DNA of 64,000 bases from Okamejei kenojei (Eukaryota): NCBI GenBank assembly GCA_035221665.1, contig CM069173.1:7688001-7752000 (forward strand), read 5' to 3'. Shown here in pieces: positions 13,590 to 25,848 of the stretch. The notes beneath the pieces are model-generated. The model did not search any database, was not told where the DNA came from, and worked only from the letters and a program-made list of their open reading frames with translations. The stretch's first letter is position 1. Every line of letters begins with the position of its first letter. The position numbers and the translations under genes are program-made.

Positions 13590-14136
13590 AAATCATTTTT
13601 GAGAGCAAACTTGGAGTACAATGCGCAGTTCTGGTCTTCTCATGATTGGAAGGAATACATTAAATTCAAAATGGCGCAGGTAAGAATCATAAAACTGTTA
13701 CCGGGGCGGAAGAGTTTGAGATTTAAGGAGAGCATGGACAGGTTGGAACGTTTTCACCGGACATTAAGAGATTGATGGGTGATATTGCAGAGGTAAATTT
13801 CATCATCAGGGGCAAGAAAACGGTAGACGGATATTGTCGTTTTTCCAAGCCTTGGGAGTCTAAAGCTGGAAGACGCCAGAGTGGATAGATTCAGAAGATA
13901 CTGAGAGGCAACTATTTTTACAAAGAGTGGTGAGGTGGAATTGGCTGCAAGAGGAAGCTGAAGAGCTGGATTCGATTACAATGTATTAGAGTCATTTCAA
14001 CGAGCATGTGGATAGAAGTGGTTGGAAGGCTATGGACCCATCGTGGGCAAGTTGGGCTAGATTAGTTGGACATTTTGCGTGACGTGGACTGCTGATTCCG
14101 AAATATATTGGTTCGTGATTTGACTATAACTCTATA
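13590..14136 (+). mobile_element. Old CR1 3' fragment
   Basis: LEYNAQFWS...QVRIIKLLPG resembles CR1 [20 protein letters not shown]. Ends in a GACTATAACTCTAT-type tail. Confidence 0.7.
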
Positions 14137-14854
14137 AATAGCATCGTTATTGTGTGACTGAAAGATTCACTGAGATTATGTAGATAGTTTTCCTCGTTGT
14201 GTTTCAAGGGCTGTCCACGTTTCGGTATCATTTGGAACCCACTTACGTTCGTTAAATAGAACATTTTATTTAATGAACATACTTAATTTATTATTAACCG
14301 AAGCGAGCTGTTCGAAGTTCTGTTTTAGACTCCTGAACTATGATACACTGATCTATTCCTGGAGCATAATTCCTCGGTGTTGTGCAATATCGAGCTTTTG
14401 AATGATGGGGACATCCAATGGACGGCATGGGTACTGCAAACAAGCGCAGCCTCACAAACGTCTTGAAACCTGCAATATAACGTCCCATCATCTGCATTTA
14501 TTGCCGTAACTAGTGAAAGGCATCGTGCCAAAGGCGTCATTACCATCTTAACGACCCCCGACTCCAAATTCAGAGATATATGACGTGAACTCCTCAATTT
14601 GCCTGCTCCACTGTACTCTGCAGGGTCGAACTGAACATTGAGAAAGACCTAGCAAGACTGACCAAAATAAAGCAAATCACAAATATACAAATTAAATGCA
14701 GTACGCGATTCCACTGCCAACTGTCTCAGCTGATCAAATTCCCAACGCCATTCTTCATATCCATCATGGCAATCTAGCACCACACTTGCCTTAGTATTTA
14801 TTTGTAAAGTTACTGAGCATACCTTGCACCATCTCAATCAATCCCTTAATTGTA

Positions 14855-15300
14855 CAAGAAACGTAGAAACATAAAAAATACAAAAGTAGGGAAAATACAG
14901 GAGTAGACTATTCGGCCATTCGACCCAGCACCGTCATTCAATATGATCATGGCTGAACATCCAAAATCAGTACGCCGTTCCTGATTTCTTCCCAAATCCC
15001 TTGATTAATTTAACCTCAAGAGCATAATCTACTTATCTCTTGAAAACTTCCAGTGAATTGGCCTCAGCCGCCTTCTGTGGCAGAGAAATCCACACATTCA
15101 CAACTATGTGGATGAAAACGGCTTTCCTTATCTCAGTCCTAAATGTCCTACCCCTGATTCTTAAACTGTTACCCCTGGATCTGGACTACCCCTATATCGG
15201 GAACATTTTTCTTGCATGTCGCCTGTCCAATTCCTTAAGAATGTCAGAAGATCCCCCCTCATCGTTCTAAATTCCAGTGACTACAAGCCCAGTCTATCCA
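14855..15300 (-). mobile_element. CR1 3' end
   Basis: Homologous to 11490-11930 (GCCATTCG..CACCGTCATTCAATATGATCATGGCTGA..., CTTCTGTGGCAGAGAA). Confidence 0.85.
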
Positions 15301-15567
15301 NNNNNNNNNNNNNNNNNNNNNNNNNNNNNNNNNNNNNNNNNNNNNNNNNNNNNNNNNNNNNNNNNNNNNNNNNNNNNNNNNNNNNNNNNNNNNNNNNNNN
15401 NNNNNNNNNNNNNNNNNNNNNNNNNNNNNNNNNNNNNNNNNNNNNNNNNNNNNNNNNNNNNNNNNNNNNNNNNNNNNNNNNNNNNNNNNNNNNNNNNNNN
15501 NNNNNNNNNNNNNNNNNNNNNNNNNNNNNNNNNNNNNNNNNNNNNNNNNNNNNNNNNNNNNNNNNNN
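15301..15567. other. Assembly gap (N)
   Basis: Run of n. Confidence 1.
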
Positions 15568-18075
15568 GGTGACCGGTGTTTGGGGCAACTGGTGACTATG
15601 TGATCCACTGTCTGTGTTGGGTTCTCATACTCGCAGGAGGCGCTGCCCACAAGGCCCCACCTCTTCTTCGCTACTCCATAGCGTCCGTCGCTATGGGGTC
15701 ATCGGTGTAGCCTAAATGGTTCCGCTGACTTCCACTGGTCTCTCCATCTTGTCTTGACTCAGGCGGCCTTGGAAGCGTCAGCCGCTGTTGTGCAGAGCAG
15801 CTCTTGTGCTTGCGTGGCAAAGGGGCGCCATGACTTGAGGAGCACACGTCGTGGTGATTCTGTGACGATCTGATGGAGGAGGTGGGATTCACTGGTCTGT
15901 GCCTTTCGATAGAGAGGGCCAGCGTGGCTGCTTTTCGTCTCATGTGGGCCGGGGCGATGCCAGCGTGGACAGGCAGTTGGTGTACTGGGGTGGCTCGTAG
16001 GCATCCGGAGGCAGTCCGCAGGGCGCTCTTGAGGGCAGCATCCAACTTCTTGGCGTGAGAGCTACGGCGCCAAACCGAGCCGCAGTCCCGGCAGCTGAGA
16101 ACACCAGGGCCACTTTGGACATGCGCATTGTCTTCATCGTGGCTCCCCATGTGGTGCCTGCAAGGAGGTGTATCAGTGCGGCACGGGCGCTTGTCTTTGC
16201 CTTGGCACCTTCCAGGTGTTGTTTGAATGACAACGTTCTGTCGAGCTTCAATCCGAGGTACGTGGGTACGGGATTGGACCATAACCAGGCGTTATCCACC
16301 ATGATGTTCATCTCGCGGGTCGCTTCCCTGTTATTGAGGTGGAACATTGAAGATGTTGTCTTACCCATGTTGAGCTTGAGGCGCCAGTTCCTCAGGTATG
16401 AAGACAGGATGTTCATGTCTTCAGAGAGCCCCTCTTCTGCTGCTTCCCAGGATAGATTACCGAGTAGGATGGCCAGGTCATCAGCATAGCCATACTTTTT
16501 TGACTGGGTTGCAGGCAGGTCATGGATATCGATGTTGAACAGCATTGGTGCCAGCACTGACCCCTGTGGGACGCCGTTCTTAGGTTTCTTCACCCTGCTG
16601 CATTGCCCGTTGCTGGTGTGTCGCCTGAAGCTGTGGTTGCTCAGCATCTCCATGATGAAGCTCACCATGTGCTTGTCTGGTTTCCAGGAGCTTCATCTGT
16701 AGTCCACGCAGCCAGACAGTATCATCTGCAGCTGTTAGGTCCAAGAAGACAGCGCCAGTCTTCTCCCCTGTCCTCTATGTCATGGCACAGGAGGTCACCT
16801 GTTGTGCCGTTGACCTACCGCTTCGTCAGGTCTTCAGACAGCTGGGGGTCGATCAGTGGTATGAGACGTGTGTGGAGGAGACGTTCCAGGAGCTTGTATG
16901 GAACACACACCGGGAGATAGGTCGGTATCCCTTGGGGTCATCGCTAGGCTATTTTCGTTTGGGCAGAGAGATCACCTTGGTACGTCGCCAGATCGTTAGC
17001 TACTTCAGGCAGCGGAAACACGTGGAGAGGAAGGAGCACAGCCAGTCAGTTACCTTCTTCCCTTGGTGTTTTATGTATTTCGGATGGATGCCTGGTGCCT
17101 TATCGGTTTTCAGCCGTCGGATGGCCTGCTCGAATTCTTGTGTTGTGAAATCGTGGGATAGCTTGGAGTCGCAGCTCGGGGCCCTGTGTAGCTCGTGGAC
17201 TCTCGCCAATGTTGTTCTGGGGAAGTCCTTGTCTGCGTTGGGGAAGCGGCCGTTGCTCATGGAATTTACAGTGATGGGACACTGTGCTGGGGTTGTCGAC
17301 CTGCCCATCAGCTTATTCATAGTCTGCCACGCCTGACGGCTGGAGTGTGTGAAATTAATTGATTCCACTGACTCCGTCCATCTCTCCCTGCGTTTCTCAT
17401 TTAGTCTGCAGATTAGGTCATTGGCTGCTTTGTCCCTGGCTTCGCTGGTTTGTGATTCTGTGTGGGCGCAATGTAAGTCTTCACATTTATCATCCCAGCA
17501 GGAAACATAGGCTTTGCGTACACCGTGGGGTACGTTCTTATTGGCGGCGGCCAGCAGCTTCTTGCAGTATGAGTCGTAGGCATTGTTCAGGTTGGAGGGG
17601 CGTGGGTGTGGGAGGCCCACGGCTGTCTTATTCACTTGTGTGCAGCCTACCCAGTTTTCCGGAAGTTCCACCTCTTGACGTCTTTCCCTTCCACGGGCTG
17701 TAACGACCAGAGATGTAATGGTTATGAGCGATGGTCGATGGTGTGACCGGGGAAACTTGTCCAGGATGCGTCTTACTGGGAGTGGTTCGTTGTTGCGACA
17801 TTTTGCGAAGGCCAGGTCCGGGTTGGTGGTGCAGATCCAGCGTGCAGAGTAGAAACTGCGTGGTTCCTTTGGGTCGTATGGGAGTGTTGCATCGGCGGTC
17901 GAGGCCCATTCTGCCAGGATGTCGCCGTCAGCGTTGCAGTTGCTGTATGCCCAGTCTGTATGATGGGTGTTGAAGTCACCAGCATACACGGCAGGGACTG
18001 GGACATCTGGCAGAGATGTTGGGACCAACCTGCTCGGAGGCGGCTTTTAAATGTTGAGGATGGTAGTTTCTTCGT
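15568..18075 (-). mobile_element. Vingi/Ingi-type LINE ORF (APE-RT-CCHC), decayed
   Basis: APE: YAGDFNTHH, TNPDLAF, FPRSHHRP (17000-18028). RT: GVPQGSVLAPMLFNI, YADDLAI, PTYLGLKLDRTL (15940-16668). C-terminal CEYENPTQTVDHIVTSCP zinc-finger remnant next to the gap. Confidence 0.85.
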
Positions 18076-18079
18076 TCAT

Positions 18080-18575
18080 CGGCCCGCACCTACCTGATCT
18101 CTTGGTTGCTAAATGCTTTAAGTTCTCTTCCTATTTCCACACTGATCTTTCTGTCCTCGGCCTCCTCCATTGTCAGAGAGAGGCTAAAGTAACAGTGAGG
18201 AATAGCATCACATATTTGGTTTGGGCACCTTATATCAGAGGTATAATATTGATTTATCTATCTTAAACCCCTGCATTCCCTCTCTTGTCACCCCTCCCCC
18301 ACCCCCACCCAAGTCACACCAGCTTTTCGTTCTCACTAAGCAAACAGCTAACCATGACCTGTTTCCTTTATTATTTTGTGCATATCTTTCGTGCATTTTG
18401 TTATATATCTCTCCACATCATTTATATCTCTCGTTTCCCTTTTCCGTGACTTTCCGTCCAAAGAAGAGTATCGACCCAACACGTCACCTATACCTGCTCT
18501 CCAGAGATGCTACCTGTCCCGTTGATTTACTCCAGCATTTTGTGTCAATCGTCGGTTTAAACCAGCATCTGCAGA
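18080..18575 (+). mobile_element. Degenerate Penelope-like element 3' part
   Basis: HTDLSVLGLLHCQRE (GIY-YIG C-terminus), followed by a decayed version of the GACCCGAAACGTCACCTAT...CTCCAGCATTTTGTG...CATCTGCAG terminal repeat seen at 30951-31080. Confidence 0.75.
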
Positions 18576-18866
18576 TCTACGCAATATGTGTGTATTTGCT
18601 TGCGCGCATGAACGTGTGTGTCTCCTCAGGTCTGCGTGGGAAGTAAATGCTGTGATTTGCACGAGATGTAAAGAGGATCAGACAGGGAGAGAGCAGGAGT
18701 TAAAGCAAACAGGTATTGGTCTAACCAGCAACAGCTGAGAGTCTATCCCGTGATGCAGGGTCTGGATACATTTGTTGTAATTCCTGGACTGGTGAAGGTA
18801 TTCATGTTCATAATCACAGAAGCAGAATTAGGCCATTCGTCCTATCAAGTCTACAATGCGATTCAA

Positions 18867-19300
18867 GCCAACTAACCAAATGCGGATCTGCCGACAAGTC
18901 AAATAATAAGTGGGAAAATGACCCCCACCCTCCCGTCTCCACCGGTCAGTGATGTGATGGATGCGGGTGGCTGGAAAATTTCCTGACAAGTCTCGTCCCC
19001 CGGCGACGTCATGTCCGTGAGTTGAATTTTCGGCAGAGCGGCATTCGGTTAGTTGGCTTGTAGGCGACGCAGCCTTTCAGTTAGTTGGCTTTTAGGCGTT
19101 CCACCCTTTCGTTCGTTGGCATTTCGGCTTCGTATGCTTTCGGTTCGTTGGCGTTTCGGCTTCGTATGCTTTCGGTTCGTTGCCGTTTCGGCTTCGTATG
19201 CTCTCGGTTATTTGGCGTTTCGGCTTCGTTTCCATTCGGCTATTTGACTTCGACTTCTTTGCTTCGGCTTCTCGTCCTTCGACGCCATGTCCGGGTACCC
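18867..19300. repeat. MITE/foldback-like remnant: 36-bp imperfect inverted repeat plus 32-bp tandem array
   Basis: GCCAACTAACCAAATGCGGATCTGCCGACAAGTCAA (18867-18902) pairs with 19022-19057. TTGGCGTTTCGGCTTCGTATGCTTTCGGTTCG occurs ~4 times (19116, 19148, 19180, 19212). Confidence 0.75.
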
Positions 19301-20619
19301 ATTAATCAGCCATGATCACGAAGAACAAAGGAAAACATTTGAAGGATCCCGTGGCAAGTTTCGTTGTTAGTGTTTGTGGACTTCTGTCTCCGCAGAAGCT
19401 GCCTGACGTGCCTGCAAATTATCTGAATTATTTATGACATGCAGCATCTACAGCAGGTTTCTTTTTGATCGCAGCTTTAGGTAAGCTACGGTCGATTGCA
19501 TGTATTTCTCTGTCTGTGTGTGTGTTACACCGATGCAGCCCGATGTGAAGGAAATCAAGATTTCACCTGGGTTATTGACTGGTGCGTTATATTTGCAACG
19601 AAATATTACGTGTCTACATCGATAATGTAGACGGTCCAGCCATTGTTCTGTTTACACTTCATAACGCTATGCCCAGTGCTTGTTCATAACCACATCTCCC
19701 TTTACACCTGCTGCAAACCTGATTGCAATCCAACCGCATCTCTGCATTGGATGACGCAGTTGCTGAAATTGATAGACTATGGAACACCTCCCCAGATCAG
19801 AGTACAGGTCACGCTAACCTTATTTCACCAAATCCAGTCCCTGTTTATTTTCCATTGTACTCAATAGATAGGATTGCAGCCTGTTCAGCTGACATTTGAC
19901 CTAATTGCAACGATCTCGTCACTTATTATATTACCCCAGCGCGGATTAACATTAAATTAAACATTGTTCATCTAAAACCATATTCCATAGCTATAACACA
20001 AGTGACTTCGCATTACAGATGACCATACATTATCAGGTCAGATCATTCCCTGATATTACTTTCAACGCCATGCTCAGCACACAATGTAAAATACAAGAGA
20101 ATGCCACTTCGGTGCTCCAGTCATATTTGACTAGTTACGATCACGTTATATTTCACTAGTATCACCAGGCTACGTCACAGCTCATATTACACCATATGCT
20201 TTCATACGAATCTCTGTCACTGTTCGTGTTACAGTTGACCATATAATTCCAATAGAAGGCACAGTCGATCTTCATGTTACACCGATTCACATCACCGACT
20301 CAGTAATATTGCACCTGATCTACCTGCTGTTCAAATTGCATTAGGCCCTATTACTACGAGCCCTGTCATCATTTCATAATTTCTAATACAGAAGGCCCCA
20401 GAAAACCATAACGATTTGCTGTCCATTGGAATTAAAACATAAAAAATATTTGTGTTATAACTCCAGGATAAGCGCTCAAATAAGAAAACCAAGCCCAGAG
20501 CCAAAGTATTATCTAACGATCTAAGTGAATATATCAACTTATGCTCAGGACAATAAATAACTCAATTTGCTACCTCCAAGTTAATTAGCTCTTAACAAAG
20601 TCTAGTCCACAGATGGAAG

Positions 20620-21674
20620 TGTAGCATTGGGGTTATCAAGTGGGCACCTCCCTTCACTGGTGTTTCGTTGAGATAGGCACATGACATCCAGGGAAGTTTC
20701 AACATTTGGATCTGGAGAACCGTAACAACCCTCCTCTATACCTGCTCTCACCACGTATGCTACCAGCATCTATTAAATAAATGGAGCAACAGCCAATTAG
20801 CAAATGCGAGGCACCTGCATCCCTTCTTCCATTAATCCTAGCCCATCATTAAATGTGTAACACCACAAATATCACTCTTGTATAAGACCGGGATACACTT
20901 ACAAAGCCGACAATTACAAAGAAGTACACATATTCCATGTCATACGTTTTCTTTCTGTCCCCAACTGACACTATTTCTTCTCCACCAAATTTACTACTGC
21001 ATTGCTCTGCGGCCTCGGATATCTGCTTTGCGGCCTGACGCAAACGTTGTCCATGACGTCCTAGCTCTCCAAATTGCTCGTTTTGAAACTTCTGCAACCT
21101 ACCTCTACCGGACGCTCTCTTGCTCTCCATCCTCGCTGCTCAACATCAGCTGCCAAGTCTACATATCTAAGCTATTTATTTTCATAAGCCTCAGTCATTA
21201 AGTTTTCCCAAGGCGTCATGAGGTCTATAAAATACACTATCGGCTGACTATCTGACCATAACGCTATATCAGGGCTCAAAGTAGTACTATTTTTCCTGCG
21301 GAAGAAGCTTTCCTCCCAAATCTGCCTGCATCTCCCAACCATCGTAACTGGCCTGAGTCATACATGTCTGAAAACTTCCCTCCTCTCCCTTTCTCCCCGC
21401 CTCCCCCCCCCCCCCCCCCCCCCCCCCCCCCTTCCACGGACAAAATGAATCGCTACCATGTCAATCCTGGTGCCTACTGAATTCACGTGTGCTCTCCTCC
21501 TTTCATTGCTGCAGTTATGCACTTCACGACCTGGTTATGCCGCCAGGTATATCGACCCTGAGAAAGACCAGTTCGACATCTTGACAAAACATGCCTCAAC
21601 GTAGCCACCTCTAAACGCACGGGACACCAGCCGATTGTTTGAGGTTCTGCGGTTATGGCAGCACCCCATAAATG
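20620..21674 (-). mobile_element. HERO-type (RLE-encoding) non-LTR retrotransposon, 3' part
   Basis: CP...ATLRHVLSRCRTGLSQGRYTWRHNQV (zinc knuckle plus RHN), then PDIALWSDSQPIVYFIDLMTPWEN...YENK*LRYVDL...GWRARERPVEVGCR (PD-(D/E)xK nuclease) at ~21090-21280. Confidence 0.85.
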
Positions 21675-23125
21675 CAGTGGCTTGCAAAAGTATTCATACC
21701 TCTTGAACTTTTCCACATTTTGTCACGTTACAACCACAAACGTAAATGTATTTTATTGGGATTTTATGTGATAGAACAACACAAAATGGCGCATAATTGA
21801 GAAGTGGAAGGAACATGATACATGGTTTTCAAATTTTTTTACAAATAAAAAACTGAAAAGTGTGTCGTGCAAAAGTATTCAGCCCCCTTTACTCTGATAC
21901 CCCTAAATAAAATCCAATGCAACCAATTGCCTTCAGAAGTCACCTAATTAGTAAATAGAGTCCACTTGTGTGTAATCTAATCTCAGTATAAATACAGTTG
22001 TTCTGTGAAGGCCTCAGAGGTTTGTTACAGAACATTAGTGAACAAATAGCATCATGAAGCCCAAGGAACACACCAGGCAGGTCAGGGATAAAGTTGTGGA
22101 GTAGTTTAAAGCAGGGTTAGGTTATAAAAAAATATCCCATGCTTTGAACATCTCACGGAGCACTGTTTCATCCATCATCCGAAATTGGAAAGAGTATGGC
22201 ACAACTGCAAACCTACCAAGACATGGCCGTCACCTAAACTGACAGGCCGGGCAAGGAGAGAATAGAACAGAGAAGCAGCTAAGAGGCCCATGGTAACTCT
22301 GGAGGAGCTGCAAAGATCCACAGCTCAGGTGGGAGAATCTGTCCACAGGCCAACTATTAGTCATGCACTCCACAAATCAGGCCTTTATGGAAGAGTGGCA
22401 AGAAAAAAGCCATTGTTGAAACAAAGCCATAAGATGTCCCGTTTCCAGTTTGCCACAAGCCATGTGGGGGACACAGCAAACATGTGGAGGCAGGTGCTCT
22501 GGTCTGATGAGACCAACATTGAAGTTTTTGACCTAAATGCAAAACGCTATGTGTGGCAGAAAACTAACACTGCACATCACTCTGAACACACCATCCCCAT
22601 TGTGAAACATGGTGGTGGCAGCATCATGCTGTGGGGATGCTTTTCTTCAGCAGGGACATGGAAGCTGGTCAGAGTTGATGGAAAGGTGGATGGAGCCAAA
22701 TACAGGGCAATCTTGGAAGAAAGCCTGTTAGAGTCTGCAAAAGACTTGAGACTGGGGCGGAGGCTCACCTTCCAACAGGACAACGACCCTAAACATACAG
22801 CCAGAGCTACAATGAAATTGTTTAGATCAAAGCATATTCATGTGTTAGAATGGCCCAGTCAAAGTCCAGACCTAAATCCAATTGAGAATCTCTGGCAAGA
22901 CTTGAAAATTGCTGTTCACAGACACTCTCCATCCAATCAGACTGAGCTTGAGCTATTTTGCAAAGAAGAAGTGGGCAAAAATTTCAGTCTCCAGATGTGC
23001 AAAGCTGGTAGAGACATACCCCAAAAGACTTGCAGCTGTAATTGCAGCGAAAGGTGGTTCTACAAAGTATTGACTCAGGGGGGCTGAATACTTTTGCACG
23101 CCACACTTTTCAGTTTTTTATTTGT
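21675..23125 (+). mobile_element. Tc1-family DNA transposon (IR/DR type), right TIR truncated
   Basis: Starts CAGTGGCTTGCAAAAGTATTCA. The inner DR GCAAAAGTATTCAGCCCCC (~21869) is mirrored at 23078-23100; the outer part of the right TIR is missing. Confidence 0.93.
22054..23073 (+). pseudogene. Tc1 DD34E transposase, disrupted
   Basis: ATG at 22054, premature TAG at ~22102 and frameshifts. WSDET, QQDND...SPDLNPIE with 34 residues between D and E. Confidence 0.93.
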
Positions 23126-23134
23126 ACACTTTCT

Positions 23135-23290
23135 GGAGACTCTGGAGACACTTTCTTCTAGGAATGAGCATTCCCCCTGCTCTACGCCAAACCCTTGGTA
23201 TGAGCTGCTTCTACCAAAATATTCGCAAGAGCCTCCAAAAGAATCTAAGCACACCAAGTGCACTTTTATACACCCGATAAGGGACCCCAC
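23135..23290 (-). mobile_element. HERO-type RT N-terminal fragment
   Basis: GVPYRVYKSALGVLRFFWRLLRIFW*KQLIPRVWRRAGGMLIP resembles the start of the RT domain of HERO elements. Confidence 0.7.
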
Positions 23291-23294
23291 ATGT

Positions 23295-23628
23295 ATCCAC
23301 TTTTGGGGGGAAAACAGGAACGCAGATTATTATCTGAATTGTGTCATGTTGAGAAAAGGAGAGTACAACGAAATCTGGGGGGTCCTGGTTCATCAGTCAC
23401 TGAAAGTAAGCATGCTTGCAAAGCAGGCAATGAAGTAAGCGAATGGCATGTTGGCCTTCACCACAAGAGGAGTTGCATATAGGAGCAAACAGGTCCTTCT
23501 GCAGCTGTACATGTCCCTAGTGAGACTACACCTGGAGTATTGTGTGCAGTTTTGGTCTCCATTCTTGGACATTCTTGCTATTGAGGGAGGTAGCGTGTGT
23601 TCACGGCGTTAATTCTCGGGATGGTGGG
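23295..23628 (+). mobile_element. CR1 fragment (left part, split by Gypsy)
   Basis: CR1 RT C-terminal sequence (GAATGGCATGTTGGCCTTCA, CACCTGGAGTATTGTGTGCAGTTTTGGTCTCC) that resumes at 32103. Confidence 0.85.
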
Positions 23629-23815
23629 TGTAAAGAGCTCAAACTCACACAGGTCGAAACACAAGCATCTTTATTGTTCAGGTCATTAACTGCACATCAG
23701 TTCATCACACGTTCACACTGGCTACTCAGACTGGCAAGCAGTGGGCCAGTAGGCAGGGTTATAATTATTAAGCATTATCATTGGCTAACATGCTATAAAT
23801 GAAAAGTAGATACAG
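23629..23815 (-). repeat. Gypsy 3' LTR (inner boundary uncertain)
   Basis: TGTAAAGAGCTCAAACTCACAC...ACTGGCAAGCAGTGGGC is shared with 31895; the distal part has diverged. Confidence 0.75.
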
Positions 23816-24315
23816 CGTTATCACTACGATGAGTAAATATATTGTTAAATGCAAAACACTATATCTAAGAATAATGAAGTTAAACATAGTCGCGGTACCT
23901 ATCAGGCGGCTTACTAACCCGCCCGGTCCGCGTACGGTAGGGAGTTGCCTCGTCAACCTTTTCTCGGAAAAGCTAAGGTCACGTCTGGGTGAGCCAACAA
24001 GACTCTGTGGGACACCGCAGGGGAAGACCGTCGCGGGGGTACCGGTGAACCGGGTACAAGAGGGGGGGGCGGTGAGGGCATAGTCCGACGCGGTGACTGG
24101 CGTGGGGTAGCAGCTGCAGGCACTGGCGCGACTGGAACAGCAATTACTTTAAAGTTCAGCGGAGGAGCGTCAGGACCCAGGAACGATGGACGTCGTTCCT
24201 TCACTGGAAGGATATGTTCACGGTTGTGTCTATAGACGGTGCTGCCGACATCGACAAGGTAGGATTTTGGTTCTTTCGCAGGGCCATGGATGAATCCCAG
24301 TTTGGTATGTCCTTT

Positions 24316-25848
24316 ATTTTTTTTTAATATTTGTTTTATTAGAAGCAAGTACATAATAAAAACATTTCATGTATAACAGTAATACATTGCTAATATTATC
24401 AATATTATCAATTATTTAATAACTCTGCTTCTATATATTTTTTATTTGTTTATATAGATAGAAAATAATAAACAAAGAGAAAAAAGTATTATAAAGAAGA
24501 ATCGAATAATGTACTAATAATACAACATTGGAGATATATTCGTGAATTATAAAGTATAACTCTTCATCTAATCGATTGATTCGATCTTCAGTCGGGTTCT
24601 CGTGCCGAACCAGTCTTCCCCTTCAAATAATCAATAAAGTCTGATTATTTCCAAATGTAGGTCTCCGACATTTCCATAATCCACATTTTAACTGAGGGGG
24701 TTGTAGGACCTTTCCAAAATTTCAATAATCATTTTTTCCCAATTATTATACTATAGTCGATAAAGTTTAATTGCCATGTAGTAAGTGTTAGACTTTGGTC
24801 TAATATTCCTAATATCATTAGTTTTGAGTCGGGGTCCAATTGGGTGTTGACAACTTCCGAAATTATCTTAAACATGTCCGTCCAAAAGTTTTTAATTTTT
24901 ATATAATTTACAAATGTGTGAGTTAAGTTAGCCTCTAAATGCTGACATTTTTTCCCAGATAGGAGATATATGGTGAATGATTCTATTTAATTTCGTTTTT
25001 GAGTAATGTAATCTATGTAATACTTCAAATTGTATTAAAGAGCGTCTTGCATAACGAGCATTGATGTATATGTTGTATGCTTTCGTCCCAAATATATTTC
25101 ATTATTGGCTGGCCTAGTTCATTTTCCCATGTTTGCCTATATATTTCCGTCGTTGGTGCCTCACTTTCTAATAGGATATTGTAGATATGAGATATTATTT
25201 TCTCTGTATTAGGGTGTTTATTCAAACATTCATCAAGAGTTTCTGGATCTCTAGTTCTGTAATCCTCTGTATTTGATTTAGCATAATCTCTAAGTTGTAA
25301 ATATCTGAAATAGTCATTTGAGTGGAGTCCATAAGTTTGTTGTAACTCCTGAAATGAAAAAATGTACCTTTCCTATACAGATGACCCATCTTTTTAATTT
25401 CGTGATTTTTCCATTTTAAAAAACCTTTATCCAACATTGAAGGTTTAAATGCAGGGTTGTTTACAATGAGGAGAAAGAGTGATAGATTATCCAATTTTAA
25501 AGTCTTTTTTCATTGTTTCCAAATTCGTATACCACTGCATATTATAAGGTTTTCACTATAGGTTTGTTTGTTCAATTTAGTGGTAGCAAACAGAATCGAA
25601 CCAATTTCAAAGGGTAAGCAGTCTTCCTTTTCCATTTTAACCAGTCTGATTGCTGGTCCAATTCATCCAACCAGGTTCATATTTTTAATGTTAACGGCCC
25701 AGAAATAGAGCATGACATTCGGTAAAACTAAACCTCCATTCATTTTTGATTTACATAAATGTTTTTTGTTTGTTCTGTGATTCTTATAATCCCAGATAAA
25801 ATTAGTGACTATGGTATCCACCTTTAAAAAAACGAATTTTGGAACATA
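24316..25848 (-). mobile_element. L1-clade LINE 3' fragment nested in the Gypsy integrase
   Basis: 12-bp TSD GGTATGTCCTTT (24304-15, 25849-60), poly(A) and AATAAA on the minus strand, and FIWDYK...KSKMNGGLVLPNVMLYFWA as in the L1 ORF2 C-terminal region. Confidence 0.9.

Noticed and set aside
14140-14850. Possible exon or short ORFs (also 33902-34258 and 37828-38601)
   Set aside because: No recognisable motifs or convincing splice-and-frame pattern.
15216-15650. ORFs spanning N gaps (also 28669-29468 and 51517-52181)
   Set aside because: Artefacts of translating n runs.
19116-19245. 32-bp repeats as a CRISPR array or iterons
   Set aside because: Head-to-tail tandem units with no spacers.
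20849-21130. ORF with a hydrophobic tail as a retroviral env TM or membrane protein
   Set aside because: Adjacent frames show it is the frameshifted end of the HERO RLE domain.
21403-21431. Poly-C tract as a G-quadruplex regulatory element
   Set aside because: A homopolymer inside a dead retroelement whose length is unreliable.
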